From contig CM039001.1 of NCBI GenBank assembly GCA_017499595.2, positions 1,860,001-1,924,000 on the forward strand: a stretch of 64,000 nucleotides of DNA. Direction: 5' to 3'. The DNA is from Psilocybe cubensis. Lineage: Eukaryota. This document shows, piece after piece, positions 48,979 through 62,947 of this stretch. Both the position numbers and the translations under genes were made by a program. The first letter of the stretch is position 1. The number at the start of each line of letters is the position of its first letter. The notes beneath the pieces were generated by a model, which searched no databases, had not been told where the DNA came from, and was given only the letters and a program-made list of their open reading frames with translations.

Positions 48979-51900
48979 ATGCCCGACCCAAATCAGACAG
49001 ATAAGCCGCCAGCACTCCATCAACGCGAAGGCGAGCCCACTGAGAAATCAGATCTCACACCCATCCGTGCTCACTATCTCAAGAAGGCCCTCGTCCAGCT
49101 CCAGTTTGCCCGTGAGCTTGATCTAATCTCAACAGAGGGTCCTCCCAATGTCTCGACTCTGTCATATCTTGGGCCTCCATTTACCTCCCCACCAAAGGAT
49201 GCTCCTCCACTAGACCTTCCTTTTCTACGCTATATCTTTCGTCAATTCGTGCTGACGTTTCCGTTTATGGCTGCGGCTCCTAAAGATTTCTACTCGTTGA
49301 AGCTTCAACCTTTCGTTGGTGCTGTTCTTGCTAGAAACATCACTCAGGGCTCCGTTCTTGATGACGCCGAGTCAGAGCAAGCATCCCGAAAAAGGCTGTT
49401 GGCTAAGGTGGAACGAAACCTCTCGCTTTTCGTTAATGCTGCCACCAAGCTGGTAGAACCGGAGGAAGTCGTCAGGTTGTCACAAGCCGATCTCGATAGA
49501 TTAGAGGTTTTGTCCAGAAAGCGGCAGCGTCGATTGGCGAAAGACAGAGATTCATTTGAGGTCAATATCGTCAGTGTACGTACCGTGGTTGACAAAGGAC
49601 GCATGCGCAGTCGTGCTCACGAGGTAATTGCTAATCTCATGTTTCATTCCCGGGAAGTAATGATTTTTCTTTGCAGGAATTTATTATCAGAACGAAGCGG
49701 TCTCGCTATCCAGATGTATACGTCTCCAGGCGCTATGGGGACTTCCGCACTCTTGCTGCTGAAGTAGGCGCTTGTTCTTCGAGAGAAAGCAAAATATTCA
49801 CCGTCGGCATATAGCTTGCTAAGATGCACCCTCAAGAAGAGATACGCCTCCCCCCGGCAAAGGATAAAACATATAGTTCAGCGCCTCCAATGACACCGAC
49901 TACTTCCCAACCTCCTCCATCACGCCAAGCTACGTCTTCGACATTCAATGATTATAATCTAAACAGTCCTACTGGTTTATCTTCGGAGAATTTTCCTGCA
50001 CCTTCACGGCTCACCAGAGAGAAAAATCGCTTGACTCTTCGCTCATACCTCAATTCCCTTTTGAGCTCGTCAACCATAGCTTCTTCACCTGTTCTACGGT
50101 CTTTCCTTCTTTCCGGGCCAACGACATTGTCTCCTGAAGAGCTAGAAGATGCAAGGCGTAGGGAGGAGGCAGACAGAGTAAGGGAGGAGGGTAGGAAAAA
50201 GTTTGCTAAAGAGATTGCTGGGCGTGTTGATGGCCTTAGGGAGGCCGTTAAAAGCGTTAAAGGAGATATAATGGGCAAAGGTGAATAAAGAACCCTTAAT
50301 TGTCTGTGGTAATGTCCTCCCTCAACTCATATAACATTTAGATGGCTTAACACGCATTTTTGCAACCATCAAGGTTACTCCTGACATTCGAGATTTGCCC
50401 TCAAACTATCATGCTGTTGTAGAATGGGCCAGAATATCGTGAGAAAGGATCTTTGATAGTCAAACGTTCTAGAATACGCGCTCATTTATAACGTTCACCA
50501 GTCTAGCGTCCACTGTCTTTCAAATGTTCGTCGCCTCCGATGATGCATCAGAGACATTTTCAGGTCTGAAAAGAATTCATGGGTTAATGCCTTACTTTAT
50601 GATGAAGACAGCTCTCAAAATAACAAACCCAGTAGCTATGATACGCAGTGCGTTGAGATTTTGTTTGAAATCGCAAACTAATTTACTCAAGTCTTTTAGG
50701 CATGTTGGATCTTTTCCTTGCGCAGCCATTCGGGGGGCGCAGCCTTTTGCAACGGCAAGGGAGCATTTTGAATTGCTATTCAACCTTTACTGATGGCTCT
50801 TCTCTAGAATGTTCACCAGTTCGTTGACGGAAGAAGTCAAAGTTTTGGAAGAGGAAATCGAAGCTGTCAAAGAAAAGGTGGACGATCCAATCATGTGCGA
50901 GAAAGTTCGACAATTTGTATACGCCCCCCGGGAAATCCAGTCTATGTTTAAGGATGATGCAGGTCTGCTGCCCCTTGCATGAGATAATCGATTCAAATGT
51001 TTAATATCCTTTTTAAAGCTTCTGAGCAGATGCATGTACTCACCATTGTTTTGAGATCGGCTGAGAATCCCGTTTTATCTCGTGCACAGATGCATCGACT
51101 TGCTCGGGCCCATAAAGCCCATATTATCTATACAAAGTATAGAGAATCCCTGGCCGATTCAGATGATGATGATGGACCTCAGGACGATGATGCATGGCTT
51201 CTAGAAGACCTCAAGGTTCTCGCTAATTTGTATTCCAAGCTCAAAGATCGCGAGCAGCTAATTGAATTAATTTTTGAGGTATGTTATAGTCCTACCTCTG
51301 GGTGACGAAAACTAACAGGAATACAGGGTTTTACCTCCGAACTGTTAAAGGATATAATCACAATTTTTTATTCACCTCTGGCACAAGTTTATAGGGCAGC
51401 CAGTATTGCCGACTCTCTTAGTGATTTACAAAATTTTATCAATGATCTTATCAAGACTGTGGAACAGGTTGATGGACGTGAGTCTTTTAACATTGATTGT
51501 ATTATACAACCACTGAGAACCACTTTAGTTAGTCAGGATGATCCTCACCTGACTGTACAGGCCTTCGTCAACCTGATCATACGACATGAACAATCTTTCT
51601 ACCACTTTGTTCACAAGGTCCATGCCAAAGGCGAAGGATTATTCGACAACCTTATGCGTTGGGTAGAATTGTTCTTGACAGCCGTCCGGGATGGTCTCGG
51701 TGAACCCATCAGTTTGGAGTATCTTCTGCCACACAAAGGTCAAGAGCGTGCAGATATATTTGCCGAGGTCGATAAAATCGCACAATACCATTACAAGTTG
51801 AAAGTACTATACGAAGATAAGCTTCGTCGACGATTTGGAAGGGCGCAATCCAACGAAGCAGATGCTGAAGATGAGGCAACTCAAGCTATGGTGAATGGTG

Positions 51901-52725
51901 TAATTGGCGAAATTAGTTTTGGAGAACTAGTTCAAGGGGACGCCGTTGACCTGGCGGCCGAGGAGACAGACGAAGCAGACACAACCAGCGAAGAAGAGTA
52001 CTCATCCAGTGAATATGAGACCGGAAGCGAATCAGACAATGGGTCGGATGAATTTAGAACGGACAAGATAAAATCCAAGCATCCACCGTCATTGCCTACC
52101 TCACCACTTTCACCCTCGTATTCTAGCAGTGCAACTTCACAATCTCTGGCTCATTCGCACGATAGACAGCCTCGCAATCACATTCAAACATCGCCACGGA
52201 AGCATGCACAGCATGCTTCCACTACAGGTTCCTCGAGTAACATAAGCTATCCTCCAGAGCCGAAGCGAAAGCGATCCCTGTCTTTACATAGAGCCAAATC
52301 TTTGACCTTTTCATTGGGTAAACGCAACCAGGACGTTCCTCCTGTCCCTTTAATACCGGCAATCCCCCCTGTATCTCCTGTTTCAACCAACCCAAAAATC
52401 ATCCCACCACCGCCGTCTAGACCTCTTCCGCCCAGTCCATACAGCGACGATTCACCCCCTCCTGTTCCCTCAAAGGATTCTCCTTCTGAACAATATCGGG
52501 CCATGAATTCAACAACGCCCAATGCTTCTCCACACAATGTTTCTCTCAAAGCCAAACGCAAAAAGGTATCTCAAGGGTTAAAACCGCCAGAACTCCAGCA
52601 TATTCCTCAGTTGCTCCCTGTCTTTACCGAAATGGTATGTATTCTTAAATAGTTGCAGTTTGACGCTAACTCTTCCGTTGTATTAGATGAAACCTCTTCT
52701 TCTAAGGAAATCACAAGTGGAGTAG
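48979..52725 (+). CDS. PX-domain protein of the PXB/PX/DUF3818 (yeast Ypr097w/Lec1) type
   Basis: LTPIRAHYLKKAL, LPFLRYIFRQFVLTFPF, VSRRYGDFRTL, REKNRLTLRSYL, IHGLMPY, DLFLAQPFG, LKDIITIFYSPL, RHEQSFYHFVHKVH. Confidence 0.8.
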
Positions 52726-53108
52726 TCGTTTAGAATCCTGAGTAACATTTGTAATCAATTCGTTGAGTACATCGAACTTATTTACTACTAACCTACATAA
52801 AAGCTACTGTATCATTAAAATCGACATCTGTATCTCATAAAAATACATTTTTTGTTTAAAGCATCAGTACATTCTAAGACCTCTTGCTTCCTATAAATCC
52901 TTGGTCAAGATCATGCTACCTTTTTTTACTTTATACAACTCATCCACGCGACTGAGGGATTTGAAAATTGGCAACAGAATTTGCGAAGAACAAATATACC
53001 ATCAATATACTCAGAGTCATGATCATAATGAGATGCTCAAAACAAAAAATAAACAAAATACTTAATTAAGCATAAAGATCTTTCATGGTACTATCGTTGT
53101 ATCTTGTA

Positions 53109-56100
53109 TCATTCAACACCGTCCTCCTCTTCATCCTCCTCTTCATCATTAGCCGTAACGATTAGCTGCTCATTAGTCGAAGAAAAATGGCTTTGTGTTT
53201 CTGTTCCCTGCTGAATTTGAGGTGACAAGATCTGCGGCTGTGATACATGTTGCCTATGCAACAGCAAACTACCGGGAGGACCACTCGGAGACCTGAGTAT
53301 TCTTGGGCCTGTTGATTGACCAGGGATCATTGGACTGGAAGAACCTAAACCGAGCATGTATATAGTTGATGATGTCGCCCGTGTTCTCGGAGTGGAAACC
53401 ACGGGGCTCATAGAAGATATCGTCATCTTTCCGTAGCCACTACTATTAGCTCCAGTGAAATGCGCACTCGGTACTACCAAAGCAGGACTCGCAAAACTAG
53501 GCATTGGAACTTTTAAACCAAGCATAGAGAGCGGGTCTTTTATTTGTTCTGTTGCATCTCCTAGGCCTAACCCCAAAAAGCTGCTTTTTCGAGACCTTGT
53601 CGAATTTTTTTGGACGGTACTCTGATGAAAATTTCCAGTAGAAGATGGAGACCGAAGTCGTGGGCTTGTCATAATGCTTCCAAACGTTGGTGAAGGTCCA
53701 AGTGACGCTGTGACTGGTGCTGGACTGCTTGATCTTGAAGAAGGGCCCCGGATCCATGTCGTCCATCCATTGTCATGTTCAGCATGTAGCGAGACAAGAC
53801 TGGAGGGCGAAGATTCGGAATTAGCAAACGAATCATGGGTCTGCATGGATTCAGGATCGTGGATAGCTTTCTTCAATACCGCGATATCATGCTGAACATC
53901 TTCCAACTTGCGAGCAAAGATATCCCGTGCCCTTCGAACGGCGGGATCTGTTCCATCAACGAATGCCTTAATTTGTTTCTCCACCTCCGATTGCTTGGGA
54001 AGTAGATCGCTATCTTTCTGTGATTCAAACATGCCATGGGTGTCTAGAGGCTGTTCTTCTCCCTGTTGATGCTCGAGCAATGCACCTGGAACGCTTAGGA
54101 GAGCTTCAAACCCTTTCGCAAGCAAAGTTTCGTCACCAACACGGATCTCCAGTTCAACACGAGTGTCCTCAGTGTAATCATCTAAGCGTCCCAAGGCTGC
54201 TAGCAGAATTTCTTCTGGTATAGAAATAGAATTCGGAAAAGGAATGGGTGTATTCAACGGGGACAGAACAGAAGAGGTGGAGGGGTTATGTCCGAAAGCC
54301 ACAGCGGTTGGATATCCGTTTTTCGTTGAAAAAGTAAAGCTCAGACTTGCCTTCAGGTCTTCCAGTGCAAAATGGCAATCCCTAAATGCACATTGTAAAT
54401 CGTCATAGCGTTTGTGAACTTTGGCGAGCTCAGCAAGCATAGGGTGTAGCTTTAGTGCCGTATGAGGCTCTGATGTTGAGGTGATGTCTGATACCTTTAC
54501 TGATGGCGGTGATGAAGGAATTTTGTGGGTGAGGGTTGAGACAGAAGCCGAATGTATGGATGATGGTGATGATGTAATGGTCAAATCGTCTACAGATTCG
54601 GTGTGAGCTTCAAAGATGTCCGTGTTTTGATCATCTTTTGCGAGTGTCGCGATATCTAATACGTTTTCTCGAACTTCAATAAATTTATCATCGAGTGCAA
54701 ACATGTCGTTGGCAGTGTGCATCTCTTGGTCAATTGTCGGTATAGTTAAAGCGTCTTCGATCACGTCAGGCGACTGTGTTACTTTTTGAAGAGAATCTGT
54801 TGAACTTCTAGAGGGAGGGCCGAGAATTGAGTTGCATTGCTTAGAGCTTTCTACGCCTGGAAACTCAGACATATCTGCTTGAATTCCAAATGATTGAGAC
54901 GACCTCGAGGAGGCAATCTCCGAATCATTTACGACAACAGGAGGCATTGGAAGCGGCGGGGTAGGAAGATTTTTAACGTTGTGTGGAAGTAGTGGTTTCT
55001 GTAAAACTTGAGGGTCGCGCATTGTAGATCTATCCGTATTCTCAGAGACCGTGATATTGAACCCATCGGTCGCCATCATCCGTTCCAATAATAACCTCCT
55101 TTCGGTTTCGTTGCTCAGTTCTTCTAAAAGACCGTCCAACCCAATGCGAACAAGGACCTTCCGTGCACGACCTCCTGAAAAGGACAGAGCAGTTTCCACA
55201 TCAAAAATTCCGTTGTCCAAGCTATCAAGTAAGATGCGAGCATGCTGGGCCATTTCCAAGAGCGCTTCGCGATATTTTTGAGAATTATGTAGTTCTGCTT
55301 TACGATCATGCAAGCGGCTAAGCATCTCGTCTCCACGGCGAATCCATCTCCGCAAACCCTCTACAACCCTCTCCTCTCTGGCAGTCATACGGATGCGTTG
55401 AGCGATTTCCCGTCGACGTCCATATGCCTCTTTCATGATTTCCCCGCCCAGCTCATCCAACGCACTAAGCACTCGCTCATTCTGAGATTCGAGGGATCGT
55501 AGTTGGGTGGAGAGTGTGTGATTTTGTGAAGATAGTGTGGAAACTGTACTGGCGTGTCGAGATTGAAGAGCGTTGAGAGTGTTCAGAAGCTTATTCGTGG
55601 ATGTCTGTGAAAATCGCCTTTGGAAATAACGATTTAGGTTATAGGCAGATTTTTGAGAAGATGATATACGTGCATGTAGTGAGACACCATCTTCGCTGCT
55701 GTCCCGTCCTCCAATTGAAGTTTAGATAACTCTGTTTGTGTTCTTCCCAGTTCTGCTAGAACTGCTTCATTGGCCTTTCGTTCAGCATCGAGTTTGGAAT
55801 TGCAGACCTCTAGTTCGGCACTCTTTTCTTCGAGTTTGCGTGCCAAAGTGTCGCATTCGACTTGAATACCGCTAAATAGGTGATCGAGTCTTAATTTGCC
55901 TTCTTTCAAAGTCCCTTGAAGGTTGAGAGGGTTTGCGTCAGACGAAGATCGAGTTTGCATGCTTCTCACTAACGCCGCATACTCTTGCACCACTAGATCG
56001 GACATTCGCAGTTCTTCTTCCAGTTTCTTTATTCTCTGTTCCAAATCCCGTTGCCGCACCAGAGCTTCCTCCTCACGGCCTCGAACACGCGCGCCCAGTT

Positions 56101-56563
56101 CGTAGGCATTCTCTGCATTTGCGGATGCCTTCAGGGCTGCCGCATGGGCTGCCGCCAGCTCAGTTTTTGTTGCAAGTAAAGCTTCTTCGGTCAAGCTCAG
56201 CCTTTGAGAAAGTCGACGTAATGAAAGAGAAAGTTCTTGAACCTGATATTGACTATCCGCTGGAGATGTTTGACCATCTGGTTGAGGATTTGCACGTAAA
56301 ATAGCAAGCTCAGCTTTGAGCACGTCGTTCTCCCTCTCTAAGAGGACAACTCGTTCACGGTTTCTTACAGCATCAAGAGAATGTCTCTGGAGTTTTACTG
56401 CAGATGAATGTGCTTCATCCTAGATTTAAAATAAAGATGTATTTAAGTTTAACAGACTGCGATGCAGGAAGTGCTGACCGTGTACCTGAAAACGCCTGAC
56501 TGATGCTCTGAGACTTTGTAGCTCAAGTGACAATGGGGCTTCCTCTGTGAGGGACTCCGCCAT
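53109..56563 (-). CDS. Uncharacterised coiled-coil protein with a Ser-rich low-complexity C-terminus
   Basis: Long ORFs (787 and 229 aa) joined by GT-AG introns from ATG 56563 (MAESLTEE); heptad-rich N-terminal half; no catalytic motif recognised. Confidence 0.75.
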
Positions 56564-56868
56564 CCTCCAGGGTGAGCTACTGCGCCGCTGCCGTAGAGAT
56601 GACCACGACCCACCAATTGTCATGCCTTGAATGTCATATCACGTGATTTCAATTGAATTTGAACGTCTATCTTTGTTGTATGCTGTTTAGGTGAGTGGGG
56701 AAATTCATTAACCCCTGGGCAGAGTTGCAATGACTAGCATCATCGTTTGAATCACTCCGAAGCTCTTTCTTGCCACAACCGCCTCTAGGCAGACCTGTAT
56801 AGAAGCGTATAGGTACCCGTTACGTTCCCAAGTATCTGGAGGCACTTCCTTACTGGTCGAAGATTAAC

Positions 56869-59800
56869 ATGCATGCCGGTATGCCTCATCGAGGCAATGG
56901 AAAATCTGAGGCCCCAACTCCTGATCTCAAGACACTACTCGCCGAAGACTTTGTCAATGAATCGTGTGTCATATCATAACTTAACATAATCGAATTTTTT
57001 TAATTTTTTCCCGTACAGGCATATGGAAGCTTTTTGCCATGCTTTACAATTAGACGAATCCTACTTCGACCACCAAGGTGATGCAACTTCACCCCAAATT
57101 CCTGGAACCCCGGTATCCAATGCATCACGGATTCGAAAGGTATCAGCGTTATCCGACTTTGCACCTGTCAACCTCAAGGTCAAGAGGTATATTTTCACCC
57201 ATTGAATGTTTACACCCCTATTTTATGTTCACCTCTAGACGAAAAAAGCGAGGTAGAGAGGACAAAAGAAGCGATTATCTTTTTATCATTCTCCGGTGGC
57301 CTCTTCTGGTATGCTTTCTTTACTTCTTTACCACTGAGATGATATTGCTTACCTTTGAACCTAGTTTTTTATATTTTTGTTCATTGCAGCAGAGTTTGGA
57401 TTTTATGTGGTGATCAGACAAATGGTTAACACAAAGGAGTGGATATCGGCTTGTACGTTTATGACCTCAACGTATCAAGTATCGTCATTCATATGCATGC
57501 CAATAACTTAGGGAGGGGCCAAAAAGGTAGATTACGGAAGAAAATGAGGAGTGCCAGGAACTATGAGGTGCGTGTGCAAGACAGGATATGATGTCGTAAA
57601 GCTAAAGGATGTCTAGGAATGGAAAAGTGCAGCTGTAACTTTGGATAATTATCTTGGGTTTGACGAGTGGAAAAACCATGATGAGGACCAGTACTACGAC
57701 TGGATGCTTGTCCGCAAGGTACTGTGAAACGTGGTCTTCCCGTAGCATATTACTGCTCATACGTGTTCTAGGTTAAGAAATCTTTAAAGACAATGAGAGA
57801 GAAGAATGACGTGCGAGGGTGTTTGGGTGTGTTGGAAACTTGCATTCGTTCTAATTTTGCTGCTGTAGAATCATCGAGGTGCGACTTTGTTCCTCATTAT
57901 CACATCTCAATAAAAATTCTCACTTTTGTCTTTTTAGATTGTATAGCGAAGTACCCAACGTTTGCTATGCGTGATATCATGATGAGATGCTAACTTTGGA
58001 GCCAGACCTTTCTGGGAACGAAGAACTTGATTGAATGTAAAGACTTTTTTAATGCGATACGGCGTGGATGTTGATATCCTTAACAGCTTATTTTGACGAA
58101 CTCGAATTATCGCTGCAGTTCATTCGGGAGACACCCGAACTCAGCGTAGACGAGAAGAAGCGCTTTTTTAAGAGTGCTAATACTAATTTGGGTGAGTAAC
58201 GCGGAATTTTTCTCCCATAAAAACTGTAACAATATTTTAATTTCAGGAATCTCTGCCCTCTGCCTTTCTGGAGGAGCATCTTTTGGTTACTGTATGCTCA
58301 ATGCTAATTTACATTTGCTACGACACTTAAATTAAGTTGGATCAGATCACTGCGGAGTTATCAAGGCACTTCTGGATGCTGGACTTCTTCCCAGAGTTAT
58401 AACAGGAACGAGTGCCGGAGGTTTGATTGCTGCTTTAACTTGCACGAGGACAGATGAGGAACTCAAGGTTCTACTTGTTCCCGAATTGGCAAACAAGATC
58501 ACAGCGTGCGAAGAGCCTTTAAGTGTGTGGCTGAAGAGATTCTGGAAGACAGGTGCTCGTTTCGATAGTGTGACGTAAGTTCTTCCTTTCAATTTACATA
58601 GGCAAACTTTGACGTCTTCACGTAGGTGGGCAAGAAAGGTATACTTGCTCTTTAGTCAACGATTGGATGACCAGAATATTGATGTTACCACAGTGCACAT
58701 TTTTTACGCGAGGTTCTATGACTTTCAAAGAAGCCTATATCAGGACAGGGCGCATACTCAACATATCTGTCATCCCAGCTGATAGACATTCGTTAGTAAA
58801 GTGGCATTCACTGTAACAAGTCATTCACATTGACAATTATTTCTTCAGACCGACCAAACTTCTTAACTTTTTAACAGCTCCTGACACAGTTATTTGGTCT
58901 GCACTTTTGGCTTCTGCAGCAGTTCCTGGAATTTTGAACCCGGTCGTTCTAATGCAAAAGCTCAAGGATGGAAACATCGTTCCGTGGAGTTGGGGTAGTA
59001 GATTTAAAGATGGATCTTTAAGGTGTGACACTTTTTGTGGGAATATAACTTCGTGCTTAAGTTTTACTATCAGAGTTGACATTCCAGTTCAAGCTTTGAA
59101 TCTCTACTTTAACGGTTTGCACTTTTGCCTTCCTCAAAAATCTATAAAATTCACATCCTTCATAGTCACCCACCCCATCGTTTCTCAGGTTAATCCTCAT
59201 GTACACTTATTTTTTTTTGCTCCCAGAGGGTCAGCAGGGAAACCAGTTGCCCATCGGAAAGGGAAAGGTAATCTAAACTTACTCGAAAACTCATTGTTTA
59301 TTGATTCACTGCGCGTGGAGGGTGGAGAGGAAACTTCCTATTATCAGCAGCGGAACAATGGCTCAAACACGAATTGACCAAGAATTTCAAGGTTATACGT
59401 GACCTTGAGCTCCTTCCTCAATTGTTGGGCCAAGATTGGTCCAGTGTCTTCCTGCAGCGCTTTGATGGAGCTGTGACGTAAGGTCTTTTCAATTAGCTGC
59501 ATCGTACATGTCTAAAATTCATTCTTAGAATTTGGCCAAGAACGAGATTATGGGCATGTCTTACACACCTTCAATGCACCCATATATTGATAGCCAAACC
59601 AACAGGACTGGTTTCGAATTTTGCATGACCCAGATCCAAAAGAATTGGAAAGAATGATGCATGTTGGGCAAAGTGTTACCTGGCCCAAGGTGTGTGATAT
59701 GCTTCTACCGGTATTCCATGGCTGACCTTGGTGATTTACATTTAAGCTCCATATGGTTGAAAACCGGTTCAGAATTGAAAAAGAGATATTACTTGGGCGT

Positions 59801-60358
59801 CAGATGGTTCATCGAGCGTCCAAAAGCAAGTCAAAGAGCGACGTGCACGATCCTCGCTATCTTTTGTCGCATAGAATGATGCCTGAAACATCGTCGCGCT
59901 CACCACAGAACTCCACGTCTCATTCCCCGCCACCTTCTGGATCTGAGCCACCATTATCTGTTGATACAGATGCGGAAGCAACTTTTGCAAGAAACTCCCG
60001 TTTGTACAGACGAGGACGTACTCCGAAGGAGGTATATGTACCTCGTGGTGGTCACGGTAATGGTGTATCTAGCATATCATCACGGCGTCGAAAATGGGGT
60101 CCCGAACATGATGTAGACGAAGATGCCAATTTCAAAGTACCGGAAGCAGAGTTGACCCAGTTGGCACCTGAAAACAATCCATCTTCACCTTCGTTCTTTT
60201 CCAGGATCAGAGCCAATTCTATTTCCAAGTTAACGCTGCCTTTTTCTTTTGAACACGGATTAGGTTCTAGGAGAGAATCCAGCGCTGACACCAAACAGGA
60301 AAACAACTGGAGCAGTGACAGTTCGACAGACGACGATTATCATCTTCAGGACCCTTAG
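56869..60358 (+). CDS. Patatin-like phospholipase / triacylglycerol lipase (Tgl3/4/5-like), about 20 exons
   Basis: ALCLSGGASFGY oxyanion motif, nucleophile ITGTSAGG, TFKEAYIRTGRILNISV, LLNFLTAPDTVIWSALLASAAVPG, catalytic FKDGSL, IVSQVNPHV. Confidence 0.92.
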
Positions 60359-60452
60359 AAAGTGTCAATTATGTACAAGGTTTATATGTATACATTCTTT
60401 TAATGCTTCACAGCCCCTAATTAACGGTAACACTTTGCCCCAACATATTATT

Positions 60453-62557
60453 CTACTGTCCTATGCATTCCGAAGGTTCTCCATCCTCCGGAGTGGCTGC
60501 AACCACAATATTGACATCACCCAGAAGAGATGCAATGCGAAATCTAGGGAGTGGACGTGTCGCACTCATACGTTGATTAGTCTCCAGAATAGCCTCCGCA
60601 TTTTCTGTTCTCGAGAAAGCACTGGGTTTCGTGGTTGGAGCGAACAACTGAGAGTCAAGGAATCAGTGATTCTGTGATAACATAAGCGCAATGTAACGCA
60701 TGCCTTCACTGTCGTGTCAATACCGCTCACAGCGATCAGCGGTAAGTGAGGGTGACCTTCAATTACATTGACAACAGATCCATCGCCTTCGTATATGCCC
60801 TTCAAGGAACCATTTGCTTTATTCCATATGAAGAAATTACCATCATCAGATCCAGAGGCAACCCAATCGTCATCTGGACCCAAGAAATTGACTAAACAGG
60901 CAGAAGAACCTACAATTAAACAACAAGCAGTCGAAGAGCAAATATAACTTACCATCTTTCACTGTCATTACATTCCTAGCTCCAACATAGCGTCGACGAG
61001 GGAAAACGACTGGCACTGAGAGATTTCCTTCAGAAGAAACGGGTGGCTCGTTATTCCTGACAATATCGTTTAGGGTAGGGTTCCCGTCTCGAAAATTCTC
61101 GCGTTTATTTGGATCAAGTATCTGGTAAGAGTTTGTCTGATCTTCATAAAAATACATTCACAGAAAATATTGCTTGCGCACGTTAGGTGCCGATGTGGAT
61201 GATGTTCCCAGAGTATGGCTGTCTGCAAAGGTTGGTTCGTCTTTAGTTGAAAAAAGATAGACACCATCTCTGCTGTACGCTACAAGTGTTTCACAGTTTC
61301 AGTGGCGTGGTCAACAGAAGACGAAGTCCAGACTGACAGAGAATAATCTGGATATTGAGTCATTTGAGAGAAGAATAACCTCAGAATCTGCATAAAGCTT
61401 TACCTCGTATCCATTTGACATTGACATCCGAGAACCCGTTATGTGTTCGCGGCCTATGTCTCGCACACCCGGTGGTAATCTTTCACGTCCGAATTTTCGG
61501 ACACATGTTGTTAGTTCTTCCCCAACTCTAGGTAGTGAACCCCAATCAGTCTCTAGCTTTCGGCATAGATGACGTCGATCATAGAGGTATCCCTTGTAAG
61601 ATGATAATAAGAAATTTGAAAAATAAAATGATCAAATAAGCATACAAAACGTCCTTCTCCAGCGACAACGAATTGATATGGGACGAGTGGAGAAAGTGAT
61701 AAGGTACATAGTTCATGTCCTATTGTGACAAGCGGTTCTGGACAAGCTCTTCTAGAGCAAGTATGAGATGTTCGAAGATCATGCTGCCTAACCGTCCCAT
61801 CCTGAAACAAAGTATGTTCAGTAAGACCTGAACATTATACCAACACCGGATTGACCATAAATGCAGACATAGACACGTACCTCGGATACTGACAAGAATA
61901 AATCAGGACTCTCTTCTGTGATGATCTTTTTCACCGAGTCATGGTGGCACCGTAGTGTGCGTAGATTGCAATTATTTGCCGAATAAGTAGTCTCAACGTC
62001 ATCACCATGAGTCAAAGAAGAGTTGAGAGCGGTTGCTGCATCAAACACTCGAACTTGCATATCGCCAGCAGCAGTAGCTCTGATGCATTCTAAGTATTAG
62101 CAAACAAAAAGCCTCGAAGCACCGCTTACATGCGGGAAGAAAAGGGTAACACTTTAGCGCTGAAAATGTTTCCTCGGTGCCCAGTTTCTAAAACGGACCC
62201 ACAGAAAAATGGGTAATCCTCGCTGGTATTAGTTTGACGCATACACCATGTCCTGACTGTCGTATCGTCTCCAGCAGTAAGAAGGACATTTCCATCGTGG
62301 GCCCAGCTCAAAGCATTGACACAACTGATAGGTTTGTTATCTGGAGAACGTACAAGTCATGCTTATAGCCAGACTTGCCCACTATGACCGTAGCCATTAT
62401 CGTTTCCGAGAACTGCCACTCTATCGAGATTGTTATCGAGCGCCTGAGACAAGTTGTACCTCCTTCTTCGTTCAATGTCTGGTATTGAAGGTAATTGAGA
62501 CAACAAAGAAATGCGACTCTGAAAAAGACCTCGGGTTATAAACTTCGTATTGTCCAT
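60453..62557 (-). CDS. WD40-repeat protein, DCAF6/DCAF8-like CUL4-DDB1 substrate receptor
   Basis: GHSG|CVNALSWAHDGNVLLTAGDD, GHRGNIFSAK, SVSE|DGTVRQHDLR, RRYVGARNVMTVKD|VNFLGP..VASGSDDGNFFIW, VVNVIEGHP..IAVSGIDTTVK. Confidence 0.85.
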
Positions 62558-62844
62558 AGAGATAAATTATGAGGGAATTCAACAAGAGTGGTAGTTGGGT
62601 TAATGGTGCTAAGTTTGTGTTGAAGAGGGGTCATGTCACATGCCACCATTATTTAATGGCAAGGGCCGTCTCGACTTTTACTGGTATAAACCGAACTCAG
62701 ACTGCTAGTGGTCGCAGCTATCCATTGTCACAGGCTTGTTGGCAATTTACAACAATTTTGGCACCGATACAGGTGACCATTTCTATTGGTGTTAGCAACT
62801 GAAGAGCTGCTGTTTCTAAGCTGCAATATAACACAACTTTGGTG

Positions 62845-62907
62845 GTAAGTTTTTCAAGAATGACGGTATGGTACCTATGTAGTCTGACTCAAATTCTATG
62901 TCGATAG
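62845..62907 (+). other. Probable 5'-UTR intron of the last gene
   Basis: GTAAGT donor, CTGAC branch point and TAG acceptor; 63 nt. Confidence 0.5.
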
Positions 62908-62947
62908 GTGCTTCCGGCCCTTTAGATCGTCATTATTAGTCTTCCCA

